A stretch of 64,000 bases of DNA from the IMG/VR virus record IMGVR_UViG_3300028844_006632; one strand, given 5' to 3'. Positions 49,685 to 60,300 of the stretch are shown piece after piece. The notes under the pieces are model-generated. The model was given only the letters and a program-made list of their open reading frames with translations. It did no database searches and had not been told where the DNA came from. The translations under genes were made by a program, and so were the position numbers. Position 1 is the stretch's first letter. Every line of letters begins with the position of its first letter. The DNA is from an uncultured virus (IMG/VR IMGVR_UViG_3300028844_006632) (taxonomy: Duplodnaviria > Heunggongvirae > Uroviricota > Caudoviricetes).

Positions 49685-50218
49685 TTAACGAAAGTTTTTA
49701 TTTAGTAGTTTCCAACGTTCACTGTCAATAGGAACTTTTTCTGTATTAATATCTTGTAGAATTTGCATTACATCTTCAACTGAATCGTAAATATATTTGT
49801 GAGGTATCGTCCAAAATACCCACATTGGTGTCGCATTTTTTCCACGAACATTCACAAAGAAGATAGGTTTTTTCATGCGGTTTGCGGTAAAAAATTCTTC
49901 CCAACTTCCACAAGTAACTACTTCAGGATCATAAACAAATATTACAAAGTCACTACGATCAATTAAACTTAAATCGTAACTACGAATTTCTTTGTATGCT
50001 TCTACTTTATCGTAATCCCCATTTTTTAATGCGATTCTTAATTTGTTATGAGTTTCTTCATCTTCGTTGACATCCATAATAAATGGTTGTTGATAATGGT
50101 CAAACAACTTAACCTCCATCATATCTAATTGTTGACCAATTCGTTCACGAATTTCACGACCATTGGCATATTGCATATGCCCTATTACGGTGCAACGTGT
50201 ATTCTGCAATGAACCCAT
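49685..50218 (-). CDS. Nucleoside 2-deoxyribosyltransferase-like protein, tandem paralog
   Basis: VIGHMQY, YDLSLIDRSDFVI, TCGSWEE, KKPIF, TPMW..PHKYIYDS. Confidence 0.75.
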   Translation of the reverse strand: MGSLQNTRCTVIGHMQYANGREIRERIGQQLDMMEVKLFDHYQQPFIMDVNEDEETHNKLRIALKNGDYDKVEAYKEIRSYDLSLIDRSDFVIFVYDPEVVTCGSWEEFFTANRMKKPIFFVNVRGKNATPMWVFWTIPHKYIYDSVEDVMQILQDINTEKVPIDSERWKLLNKNFR

Positions 50219-50222
50219 TGTA

Positions 50223-50765
50223 TTATACTACATCAAATAATACATTGTGATCTTCCCACAATTCTTGAATAAGTGCTTGTTCTTGTACACCGTTTTTTGC
50301 ATCACGGATTTTTTTGTCTTTAGAAATATCAACATACAAATAAACCACAAAATCAAACGCACTTGAATACACTAAACTTTGACCAATGCCTTCACGCAAA
50401 GAACTTCCACTTTCTCCTTTTTTAACTTCAACTGCAACTTTGAGTTTATCAATTTTTACAACAAAGTCAGGACGATGTTGAGTTCCGAAGAATGTAAAAT
50501 TATTAACCGTGGTATTTACATCACCTTCCCATAGCAAACAATTTTTTGCTTTTTCTTTAATGAGTTCTTTATCAGCACTTTTACTAAGTTCTAAACTCTC
50601 GTATAAATCTTCTAATTCATTGATAAGAGGTTGGTGCATATATTGCTTGATATAATCTTCGTTACGATTACGATAATCAATTACATCGAAAATCTTTTTA
50701 CTTGAAATTGCAGAAGCAATGCTTTCTACAATTTTAACTCTTTTTTTACTTTTGTTTCTTCCCAT
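50223..50765 (-). CDS. PD-(D/E)XK nuclease-fold protein
   Basis: HRPDFVV...VAVEVKKG...REGIGQSLVY (PD...ExK with QxxxY). Confidence 0.7.
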   Translation of the reverse strand: MGRNKSKKRVKIVESIASAISSKKIFDVIDYRNRNEDYIKQYMHQPLINELEDLYESLELSKSADKELIKEKAKNCLLWEGDVNTTVNNFTFFGTQHRPDFVVKIDKLKVAVEVKKGESGSSLREGIGQSLVYSSAFDFVVYLYVDISKDKKIRDAKNGVQEQALIQELWEDHNVLFDVV

Positions 50766-50766
50766 T

Positions 50767-51393
50767 TTATTTATTTAATTGTTCAACTACTTCATCTACA
50801 ACCTCGTTTACAATACTACGAGTTTCAAAGTTTTTATTTGGATCATCTACGGTTGGCCAATCTAATCTTAGATGTGATCCTTCACGCATTTTAGGATCAT
50901 TGATTCGTTCGTGTTCGTTGGGTGCTTGAACATAATCAAATTTAACGATACCATCCGAGTCTATAACCGCAGTTGATGTTTTTTCGTATCTACGCAAATG
51001 CACAAGCAATCCTTCGTGTTCATATAAAACCCAACCAAGTTCATCGTTTGGATATGTAGCATACCGAACATCACTTACCAATGCAACATCACCTGTATAA
51101 CGACTTAGAGTATCGTTCATTGTTTCTATCCAATGACGACCATTTGTTTGTTTTCGTTTTAAATCTCCGTACCACACAAGAAATTCTCTGAACATAGTTT
51201 TTTCTTGTGTAACATCTGTATAAACATCCAAATCGCAATGACTTTTTAAAAAATCTTCACAATCTCGTTTTAATGCGTTCGCAAGTGCAAACTGCTTTCC
51301 ACTATATCCACGATTATTCAATTCCTCTATGACCATGTCACAGAAAAGATTTTTTCCACTGCGGGCAACTCCACTTACTCCTACTAAGAACAT
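50767..51393 (-). CDS. Deoxynucleoside monophosphate kinase (T4 gp1-like)
   Basis: P-loop GVSGVARSGKN, ALANALK, REFLVWYG, VSDVRY..NE-like segment. Confidence 0.75.
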   Translation of the reverse strand: MFLVGVSGVARSGKNLFCDMVIEELNNRGYSGKQFALANALKRDCEDFLKSHCDLDVYTDVTQEKTMFREFLVWYGDLKRKQTNGRHWIETMNDTLSRYTGDVALVSDVRYATYPNDELGWVLYEHEGLLVHLRRYEKTSTAVIDSDGIVKFDYVQAPNEHERINDPKMREGSHLRLDWPTVDDPNKNFETRSIVNEVVDEVVEQLNK

Positions 51394-51881
51394 AACTTTT
51401 CAATCTCCTTTGATTCTTTACCGTATCTAGCACACAACTCTTTAAGTTCATTCATTCCATTTTCTGTGGACTTAAATAAATCAATATACTCATTGGCATG
51501 ACTTTTACTTACTTCACAATGTGATGCAACCAAATCAATTAAATCTGAATTGTTTTTTTCTTCTTTCGCAGACTTAATATACTTGTGAAATGAACGACTT
51601 GGTGGAACTACTTCACGAAGTACACGATAATAATCTTTCGGTTTTAATCCAACTGAATGCTTTTGTAGTTCATCTATAACCTCAATCAACTCCATATCCA
51701 TAGACAGAAAACGATTGATCATATAATTTACAAAGGTTTTTTTATCTTCGTCTGTAATTGTATCAAAGTAATTTTCAGACTTTGCCCCACGCAGATGATT
51801 AATATGATCAAATAGTGTTTTCTTTTTGGGACCTAGATTGTTTGACTTTTTTTTTGTTTTAGTTTTTTTGGTTGATGGCAT
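51384..51881 (-). CDS. Putative clamp-loader small subunit (T4 gp62-like)
   Basis: LFDHIN...FVNYMINRFLSM...IDELQ...YY...YIK...LVASHCEVS..A.EYI. Start reassigned to ATG at 51881, directly behind a TTGACA-17-TATTAT promoter. Confidence 0.7.
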   Translation of the reverse strand: MPSTKKTKTKKKSNNLGPKKKTLFDHINHLRGAKSENYFDTITDEDKKTFVNYMINRFLSMDMELIEVIDELQKHSVGLKPKDYYRVLREVVPPSRSFHKYIKSAKEEKNNSDLIDLVASHCEVSKSHANEYIDLFKSTENGMNELKELCARYGKESKEIEKLCS

Positions 51882-51888
51882 TTTTAGA

Positions 51889-51917
51889 ATAATACTAACT
51901 CTCAATTAAGTTGTCAA
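51889..51917 (-). promoter_or_regulatory. sigma70-type promoter TTGACA-17-TATTAT
   Basis: -35 at 51917-51912 and -10 at 51894-51889; 7 nt to ATG. Confidence 0.75.
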
Positions 51918-51926
51918 TCAAATTTC

Positions 51927-52338
51927 TGGTGGAGGTAGCGGGATTTGAACCCGCGTCTTTATATCCTTCTTTCCAAACGTCTACACGTTTATTTTGTCGT
52001 AAGTTTCAAAAAGTTACCCAACAAACAAGTCTACCTTTTCTATTCGTTTTATTGTTATACAGAGTTTCCAACGAAAAAACAATCTCTGGTTCCACGATTG
52101 TTGACGCCAACACCAAACTAGTCGTGTGATCATTTGGGTGACGGGGTGGGCTTATTTATGCCACCAACACAGCTTCTGCTTCTTCTAAAGCATTAAATTC
52201 TGCTTCAGCGTCTGCGAGAAGGTCTGCAACGAATGTATCTTCGCCATTTAAACAAGTTAATACATTTTTAGAAGGCCAAGTATTATCCTTCACGTGCAGT
52301 TTGGATATCTAAATACAAATCGAATCCAGAATACCCCC
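51927..52338 (-). ncRNA. ssrA: tmRNA (one-piece, 412 nt, CCA encoded)
   Basis: 5' GGGGGTATTCTGGATTCGA pairs with 3' GCGGGTTCAAATCCCGCTACCTCCACCA, giving a 7-bp acceptor stem with G3:U and a T-arm. pk1 is GAAGG/CCTTC plus TAATAC/GTATTA (52258-52291). Tag ORF 52245-52156 encodes GEDTFVADLLADAEAEFNALEEAEAVLVA*. Confidence 0.95.
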
Positions 52339-52375
52339 AACAGAAATTTGACTATCAATGAACGAATAAAAATTA

Positions 52376-52404
52376 AATATAATATAATAACGACAAAAAC
52401 GCAA
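52376..52404 (-). promoter_or_regulatory. Possible sigma70-type promoter for tmRNA (TTGCGT-17-TATATT)
   Basis: Lies between the upstream terminator and the tmRNA 5' end; the AT-rich context weakens it. Confidence 0.4.
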
Positions 52405-52405
52405 T

Positions 52406-52442
52406 AAAAAAAAATGACCCGCCTTGTATCAAGACGGGTCAT
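52406..52442 (-). terminator. Rho-independent terminator
   Basis: Minus strand ATGACCCGTCTTG-ATA-CAAGGCGGGTCAT (13-bp stem with one G:U) followed by a T run. Confidence 0.88.
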
Positions 52443-52456
52443 CGTATCCACGCAGT

Positions 52457-52558
52457 TTATCGTTTTACATAGTTATAGGCAACCTCAACGAGTTTTCCTG
52501 CAATTCCCAAGAAATGCTCGATGAACATACCAACAATGATATACGACAATATTTCCAT
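52457..52558 (-). CDS. Small membrane peptide (33 aa)
   Basis: MEILSYIIVGMFIEHFLGIAGKLVEVAYNYVKR; GGGAGAG SD-like site upstream and terminator directly downstream. Below the ORF-track cutoff. Confidence 0.65.
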   Translation of the reverse strand: MEILSYIIVGMFIEHFLGIAGKLVEVAYNYVKR

Positions 52559-52582
52559 AATCTCTCCCAGATTTTGTTATAC

Positions 52583-52717
52583 TTATTCTCCATTTTTATT
52601 ACTTAACAAATTTCTAATAATATTTAGAAACTTATCCTGAATAAACTTAGCATAAGCCGGTTGTGGTAAGTTCCACCCAATGAACATACCAATGACAATA
52701 AGAATAATAGTTTCCAT
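52583..52717 (-). CDS. Small membrane protein (44 aa)
   Basis: METIILIVIGMFIGWNLPQPAYAKFIQDKFLNIIRNLLSNKNGE; TATAAT 7 nt upstream. Below the ORF-track cutoff. Confidence 0.7.
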   Translation of the reverse strand: METIILIVIGMFIGWNLPQPAYAKFIQDKFLNIIRNLLSNKNGE

Positions 52718-52756
52718 TATTATAATTATAACGAAAACTATTTTTTATAAAAAAAA

Positions 52757-53056
52757 TTATGCTTGTTCTGCAGGTTCTGAAATTTCTACTTCTTGTTCTA
52801 CTGCTTGGGGTTGTGCATCTTGAGCAGAATCTGCTTGATTTTCTTCAGATTTACTATCTCTGATAGATGCTACCAACTTATCCGCAAAGAAACTTTTAGA
52901 TGCAGACAACTGCTCAAAACGAAAATTAAGTTGCTCAACTTGTGCTTCTAAATCACGAATGTGACTAACAAGCATTTTGTCGTCGTTTGACAATTGACTG
53001 AATTTATAATCAGAACCATCGATGGTTACCATGAAATCATTTTCTTCGTTACTCAT
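52757..53056 (-). CDS. Hypothetical coiled-coil protein (VTIDG-x-DY N-terminus)
   Basis: 99 aa with an acidic tail; GGA SD-like site upstream. Confidence 0.7.
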   Translation of the reverse strand: MSNEENDFMVTIDGSDYKFSQLSNDDKMLVSHIRDLEAQVEQLNFRFEQLSASKSFFADKLVASIRDSKSEENQADSAQDAQPQAVEQEVEISEPAEQA

Positions 53057-53065
53057 TTTTTTATC

Positions 53066-53278
53066 CTATATTCTATTTGGTAAAATTAAACCTGTTGTGT
53101 CTATATATATTGAATTGTTTTTGTTTTCTTTTAATAATCGTTTAAGTTTATTGCTTATTTCTTCCCATTCATCCGCATCAAACAATATATTTTTTTTATA
53201 TGCGAATTTATGCAGATCATAAAATGACTTAAATTTTTTTAATTCGTTTTCTATTAACCACTTTTCTGCATCTGTCAT
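53066..53278 (-). CDS. Hypothetical protein
   Basis: 70 aa; ATGA overlap with the guaC stop. Confidence 0.6.
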   Translation of the reverse strand: MTDAEKWLIENELKKFKSFYDLHKFAYKKNILFDADEWEEISNKLKRLLKENKNNSIYIDTTGLILPNRI

Positions 53279-54291
53279 ACTAATAAATATTCAGTATTTG
53301 ACAAACATCTTAAATCTTTTCCTCCCGCATAACTTACACTACTTTGTAAGTCCATCCCCATTTCATCTAGTTTTTCGAGATATGTAAGTTCATTGCACGG
53401 TACTTCTCGTAAAACTCCCTCGATATTTTTGTTATGACCTTTATTATACTGACTTGCACTTCCGTAGTATCTTTTATAGCAAACGTCTTTATATTCAGGT
53501 GTATAATGATTCGGACGATATGCTTCGTTTTTAAAGAATCCTGTATGAAGTGTTTTTGTTATGTTTTCCGCAGGAGAATCCACGCATTCGGCAAACATTC
53601 CTCCTACCATAACCATATCTGCTCCTGCTACTATTGCTTTTGCTACATCTCCGTTGCATTTTACACCACCATCGGCAATCAATGGAATATTCGCATTTTT
53701 AGCACATTCTAACATACAACTGAACATTGGCATAGTGAATCCTGTTTTATCTTTAGTTGTACATGGACTTCCTTGACCGATTCCTACTTTAATAGCATTT
53801 GCTCCCCATGTTGTGAGGTCTTGTACTGCACTATCGGTTGCTACATTACCTGCAATAATGAAAGTCTTTTTATCAAAAATCTTGCGGATTTCTTTGATTG
53901 TATGCTTCATAAGAACACTATGACCATGTGCAATATCAATGGTAATATAGTCCACACGAAAATTATCAGACGCAATTCTTTCTAATTGTGTAATATCATC
54001 AGGTTTTACTCCTACACTAATTGAAATAGTTTTCCAATTTTCTGTATTTGCTTTTTTTACAAACTCGTAGTTACTGATACCAAACCTGTGCATTATGTAA
54101 AAAAAGTAATTATCAGATAATGCTTTTGCAATATCTTCATTTATAACTGTTTTCATGTTCGCAGGAACAATTGGTAAATTAAATAACTGATGTCCAAATT
54201 TACAACTTACATCAATTAAACCACGAGATTCTATGTTGCTTAATCTTGGAACAAGAACTATATCAGAATATTTTAACAACTTATTTTTCAT
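53275..54291 (-). CDS. guaC: GMP reductase (short, Bacillus-type)
   Basis: PIVPANMKTVI, YIMHRF, ITIDIAHGHS, IAGNVAT, KVGIGQGSPCTTKDKTGF, IADGG, YYGSAS, LQSSVSYAGG; no CBS domains. Confidence 0.9.
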   Translation of the reverse strand: MKNKLLKYSDIVLVPRLSNIESRGLIDVSCKFGHQLFNLPIVPANMKTVINEDIAKALSDNYFFYIMHRFGISNYEFVKKANTENWKTISISVGVKPDDITQLERIASDNFRVDYITIDIAHGHSVLMKHTIKEIRKIFDKKTFIIAGNVATDSAVQDLTTWGANAIKVGIGQGSPCTTKDKTGFTMPMFSCMLECAKNANIPLIADGGVKCNGDVAKAIVAGADMVMVGGMFAECVDSPAENITKTLHTGFFKNEAYRPNHYTPEYKDVCYKRYYGSASQYNKGHNKNIEGVLREVPCNELTYLEKLDEMGMDLQSSVSYAGGKDLRCLSNTEYLLV

Positions 54292-54298
54292 TTATATA

Positions 54299-54327
54299 AT
54301 AATATAAAGAAAATTACAATAAGTCAA
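54299..54327 (-). promoter_or_regulatory. sigma70-type promoter TTGACT-17-TATTAT
   Basis: -35 at 54327-54322 and -10 at 54304-54299; 7 nt to the guaC ATG. Confidence 0.7.
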
Positions 54328-54353
54328 TCTGTATTAACTTGAATGATTTAATC

Positions 54354-57300
54354 TTATTCAGTTGTATCGTAAGTAACTAAATTACTTGTTTGTGTTGTAG
54401 TGTTTCCTGCTGAGTCTGTTGCAGTTAGTTGTATTGAATAGTCTCCGTCAATATCAGCAGTTATACTTGCAGAATTGCCCGATATAGTTACATTCGTTAC
54501 ATTAGAAGAAGATGGTTTACTTTTTATCTCACCTTCAATGGTTGCATCTGCGTCTTTTGTAAAACTCCATGCTATCGCAGAATTGTTTGTCGTAGCATCT
54601 GCATCTGTTATAGTCAAAGTCGGTGCAGTTTTATCTACTTCAGTTGTTGATGTAAATGTAGAATAATCACTCCAATTACCAACTTCATCTTTAGCACGAA
54701 CTTTAATTGAGTATGTTTTATTATCCACCGTTGTAATTGTATATGAATTAGTTGTATCTGTGCTGACTGCATCTGCTTCTGTATCATCTGTTTTCACAAC
54801 CACTTCATACTCAGTTGCACCATCTACTGCTTCCCAAGTGTATTCAATCGTACTACTATTTGTTAGTGATGGTGTAGTTGTACTTGGAGATGGAGCAGTT
54901 GGTGCAGTTTTATCGTAAGTAATTGTAAAAGTTTTTTCAATCGCAGAGTTTCCTGCGTCATCGTTTGCATTTATAGTTATTTTATAGTCTCCGTTTTCAT
55001 CACACGTAAACTCAAGTGTTCCTGTTTGTTCTGTTTTAGTTGTTGTAGGAACACTCGATGTAATATCTGCGGACGATCCAGTTGGTGATTCTAATGCTAT
55101 TTCTATTGAATCTGATTTCAGTGATACTGTATCTTGTATTGTATAATTAAAAGTTTGTTTTTTATCAACAATTCCGATAGTAGAATTATCATTTGTATTT
55201 GCGGTATTAGTAAGTGTTATTGTTGGTAATGCTCTATCGTAAATTATATCTGAGGATGTTTTTTCGTCTCCTGCATTATTTAATTCGTCATATGCAGTAA
55301 CTATGATTGAATAATCACCATCATCATCTGTATTATTGGTTTCTAGATTCTCCAACGAATATGTGAATTCAGAATCTTGATATGTTAAATTGTTATCTGT
55401 AAATTCTTCGTCTTCCCCAAACTTAACACCATTTTTACGTTTACTGATTTTCAATTTAGAAACATCCGATGTATCTGCGGGTTTTATTTTCCACGTGGGT
55501 GATGTATTCGTAGGAGAAGTGGATGTTATACTTGTTATATTTGGTCCTGTTGTATCAAGTGTAAATGTTTTTTCTATGGTACTAGAATTATCTGCTTTAT
55601 CTGTAACGGTAACTTCTAATTTATATACACCATCTGGTTCATCACCCTCAGTAATTGTATAACTTCCATCACTTTCATCAACATCAGATATTATTTCATT
55701 GTTTAATTTTACCGTTTGTGATTCAATATTTAATTCATTCACACTCCATGTCCATGTTAAATCTCCACTTATTTTGGTATTATTATTTTTTCCGTCTGTC
55801 CAACTTAAACTCGGATTTATTGTATCTAAATTAATTCTCCGTGTAATAGTTTTAGTGTTATTTGCACTATCTGTTACCTTTACCTTTAGAGTATATAAAC
55901 CGTTATCACGTTCTTTAGGAAGTGTATATATTCGTGTATCATTATTAACCCCAAGATTATTATCATTCAAAGATACTTGTTGTGTAAATTGTGTATCATC
56001 TGTTATTGTCCATGTCCATTTTATATCATTTGATGTAAACGAACCTTCTGCTAGTGTATCATCACTAAAATTAACATTTGGTGGTGTAGCATCGTATGTT
56101 ATACCTTTTTCTTTCTCAGAAAAATTACCTGCGTTATCATATGCAATTACTTTTAAGGTATATTCTCCAAATTTATCTGCATTTATTGTTGTACTTGTGA
56201 GAAGTGTTTTAGTGTTAAAATCATCAGACAAAGTCGTATTAGAAGTATTTGGTTTTGTTAAAGACACTTCATATCCACTCACTCCACTTGGAGCATCACT
56301 TGCACTCCATGAAAATGATGGATTGGTTTTTGTATATTCTGAATCGGGAGTTACATTCAATGATAAATCTGCCGGACCTTGATCATCAAATGTTACCGAA
56401 CTAGGAGTAGGAATGTCTGAACCTTCAGGTGTACGATTTTCTAATTCATCTAAAATAGCAATTCCTATGTTATATTTTTTACCATGTTCAGGATCAGTTT
56501 TACTTATTGTATATTTCGTACCAGTGATTTCCAACTTTAAGTCATTAACGGATGAAAAATTACTTGTATCTATAAATTCAACAACACGAACCAAATCACT
56601 ATTATACTCAGAGTAATATAATTCATATTTTTTTACATCATCTGTGTGTGTCCATGACCACTCGGGATTATTTTTTGTGTATGGTCCATTATTAGTAATT
56701 GTAAGAGCATCAGGTGCAGTTGTATCATATAATATAGTATATTCATTTCCTGTAGATTTATTACCTGCTAAATCCTTTGCATCAACTCTTAGTTTATACA
56801 ATACATCAGAGGTGTTATTAGAGGTTTTTTCCACCGAATATTTATTATTATTAAATGTTAATTTATAATCACCTTGTGTGTTTGTGTTTGGGTTTGCCGA
56901 CAGACTATTATGTGTACCTGAAACAATTTCTGTGTCGTCGGCAACGATGGTGTATTCATAATAATCAATGTTATGATTCCAACTCCACACTGGGTTTTTA
57001 TTAGTTGGATTTTCTCCAGTTAATGATATTACATTTGGTGATGTGATATCGTATATAATAGATTTATATACCGCACTTGATGTATTATCTGCTAAATCTT
57101 TTACTTTAATTCCGATGGGGTATGTAGTATTTGAATTTAAATTTTTTGTACGTTTAAGTGTAAAATTATTACCATTTTTATTTAATGTGTAAATATCAAG
57201 ATCTGTGTTGTTCTCTATTGCCGAATACTTTGCAGATAAAAGAGTTGTACTAAATTGATTATCGGAAATTATATATTCATTCCAATCATTGTCGTGTGTC

Positions 57301-60300
57301 CATTTCCATGTGGGTTCTTGATTCGTAGGAGATGTACTATCATCAAAAACAAACACAGGAACACTTGTATCATAAGTTATACTATGACTTATTTCCGATG
57401 TATTATTATTCGCACCATCTGTTCCTATTATAGATAGTGTATATGATGTGTTGGTTACAAGTCCTTTTGTAAGAGTTACTTTTATTGTATTATCAGTTAC
57501 AGATATTCCTGCATTTTCATCGAATAAAGTATTTCCAGTTAACTCACTATATTCTATTGTTGTAGTTTGTTGATCGTTTAAACTAAAAGTATATTTCTTC
57601 AAATCTGTATTATGTTTCCATGTCCAAATCGGATTTCCATTCGTATGATTTTTTAAGTTATTATCAAATGCTATGGCAGATGCAGTTGTATCGTATGTAA
57701 TTGATTTCCGTGACGCATTACTTGTATTTGATGCTTTGTCAGTTGCAGTAATTACAAGTGTATAAGTTACTCCGTCCGTCGCTTCAGTTTTAGTATATTT
57801 TATTCTATTACCATCATCGGTAAAATCATTTAAGTTATTTAGTTCAGTGCGAGTTTTTTCATTCGCAAGTATTTGTGTTGAATCTGTTGTTTCTAGTTTA
57901 ATTGTGTATTTGTCATAATCATTATTGTGTGTCCATGTCCATACAGGATCATTATTCGTAGGTGTTGTTACTGCATCAAACCCTACATCTTCTATTTTAT
58001 CATCGTATAATATTTGCGGAGACTTTCTCTTATTTGTTGTGTTATTTGCACTATCAAATACCTCAACATTTATAAAATAACTCTCACCACTAATATTATT
58101 TCTTTTTGAGATAAAAAAACGTTCATCACCATTAATAACATCGTATTCACCATATTGCTTATCGATTATTTTATCTGGAGAATCAAATTTACCATCCAAT
58201 ATAATCTTTTCCAAACCATCTTCTTCGTATGTAATTACACATCTGTAATAATCACTTAATCTATTAAATGACCATTCAGGATCTTCGTTGGTAGGTGTTG
58301 TTACATCCCTGAAACTAAAAACAGGACTCACTGAATCGTATTTAATGAGTGGTGATGACTTTTCTAATTGGGCATTTAATTTATTAGTCGCAGTTACTAT
58401 AATCTTGTAGTTTCCTTGACTTGGGGTATGTTCTGTAAATGATACAATTGTTTGCACGGAATTCGTCGAACCTGTAACAGAATTCATTTTACTACGAGTA
58501 ATAGTCTTTGACACAATTGTAGTTAAATCTTTCATCAAATTTACTTGATATGTTTCCGCAAAATACAATTCATTTAGTGAAGTCGTTGGTGTTTCTTTTA
58601 TTCGCCAACTCAATGTACCTAAGTTAGACTCATCACCAGAATCATCGGTATCACTTAGAAACGAAATTTCGTAATCATACGGTATAGTATTATCGTAATA
58701 TATTGTATTTGATGCTTCTGAAGATTTATTACCTACTTCATCTTCTGCAATAACTTTTAGTGTATACGACTGAATTTTAGTTGTTTCATTGTTTGGAATT
58801 GCATATGTATATGATCTAGTATCTGCATCGTTTCCATCATCAACATCAGATACACTTATTGCAGACTCATTTCCTTTTGTAAGTGTTACATTATATTTAT
58901 TTACCTTTTTAAAATCTATGGTGTCTGAAATAGCATCATCTGTGCGGTCTGTCCATTCCCATTTTATTTCAGGTGCATTTATATAGTTTTTATCGTTGTG
59001 GGTTGTTGTAATATCAGATGCTACTGCTAATATTGGTATACTTGGATTGGTAGTATCTACATATAGAAATCCAGATTCACTTGTCGTTTCCACAGGAGGT
59101 GTTGTTGATGAATATGATTTAACCACCAGCCTATAAAAATTGTCACCCAAATTTGATGTAGTGTATTCTAATGTTAATGAGGTGTTTTTGTTATAATCAG
59201 TTCCTGCCGTAAATGTCTTGGTGGAACTAAGATCGGGAGCACCTTTTTTATTTTTAAAATAATTAAAAAATTCAAGTATATATTTTGATGCAGTTAGATT
59301 TTCATTTTCATTTGGTGCATGATCAAATTTCCATGTGTATTCATTTACTCCTATAATGCTTGGAGGAGTTATACTCACACCCTCACCACCTTCTGTGTTG
59401 ATTACTACTTCTGCTTTTCCTGAGTTAGTATTGTCATCCTCCAATGCCGAGAATGCTCCTTCTTTAGTCTCGGCACGAATAAAAATTTGATAAGTATCAC
59501 TTTCTGTGTAAGTACCTTCGTTGATATCAATATAATATCTGCCTTTATCCAGACCACCCCAAGATTGATTTACCCCCTTTTCGTCTTGTATTTGTAATGT
59601 TCCACTTGAAGAGTAAGAATAAATTGCGTGTAATGATAATTTATTTTTAAGTCCTGTATAGATATAATACTTTAAAATTTCTACATCTCCATTATGCACA
59701 TTTTGTGTAATACCATCCCAAGACCACCTTGGTTTAAGTGTGCTTGTTGGATTGTTTCTTGTAGTTGGTACGGGATGATTTGGTGCGTAGTAAACTCTGC
59801 TTGTGATATTAACCGTATCAGTTGTTGTAACTTCTTTACCCAAATGTGCATCGTCTCGTTTTTTAGTCAAAGTTGATGTTAAAGAAAGTGAATACGATGC
59901 CACATTTAATGTTTTTCCGATTGCGTTATAGTTGATGTAGGATAAATAATAATAAATTCTATCACCATCCCCAACATCTATCTTTTGCTTGTCTACAACT
60001 TTCCAACTTCCATTTGTTGGTTCATCGTGCTTTGCATGAAAATATAACCACAAACTAGAGGATGTATTATATTCATGCGTTATACTTGAAGTTTTAGTTT
60101 TTTCATCAACATCAATTTCGCAATAAATTAAATTTAAATCAGATTTCCATGCGTCACCTTCATTTATATCTGGCACAACATTTTCTACATAATAAATGTC
60201 ATCATTATTTAAGGTCAATTTTGTTACAAATTCATTGAATGTCGGTGTTGGTGTTGGGGTAGGTGTTGCTCGCAGAATCTGCCACGAAATATCTTTCTGT

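Noticed and set aside
51927..51960. Stand-alone tRNA gene or prophage attachment site
   Set aside because: The T-arm and CCA belong to the tmRNA, whose matching 5' end is 412 nt away. I saw no duplicate of this 3' end and no integrase in the window.
51911..52129. 72-aa plus-strand ORF, and 52424..52606
   Set aside because: The first is antisense to the tmRNA. The second is antisense to the terminator and the small membrane ORFs.
53275..54291. IMP dehydrogenase (guaB)
   Set aside because: The short length without CBS domains and the PANM, IDIAHGHS and CTTKDKTGF motifs fit GMP reductase better.
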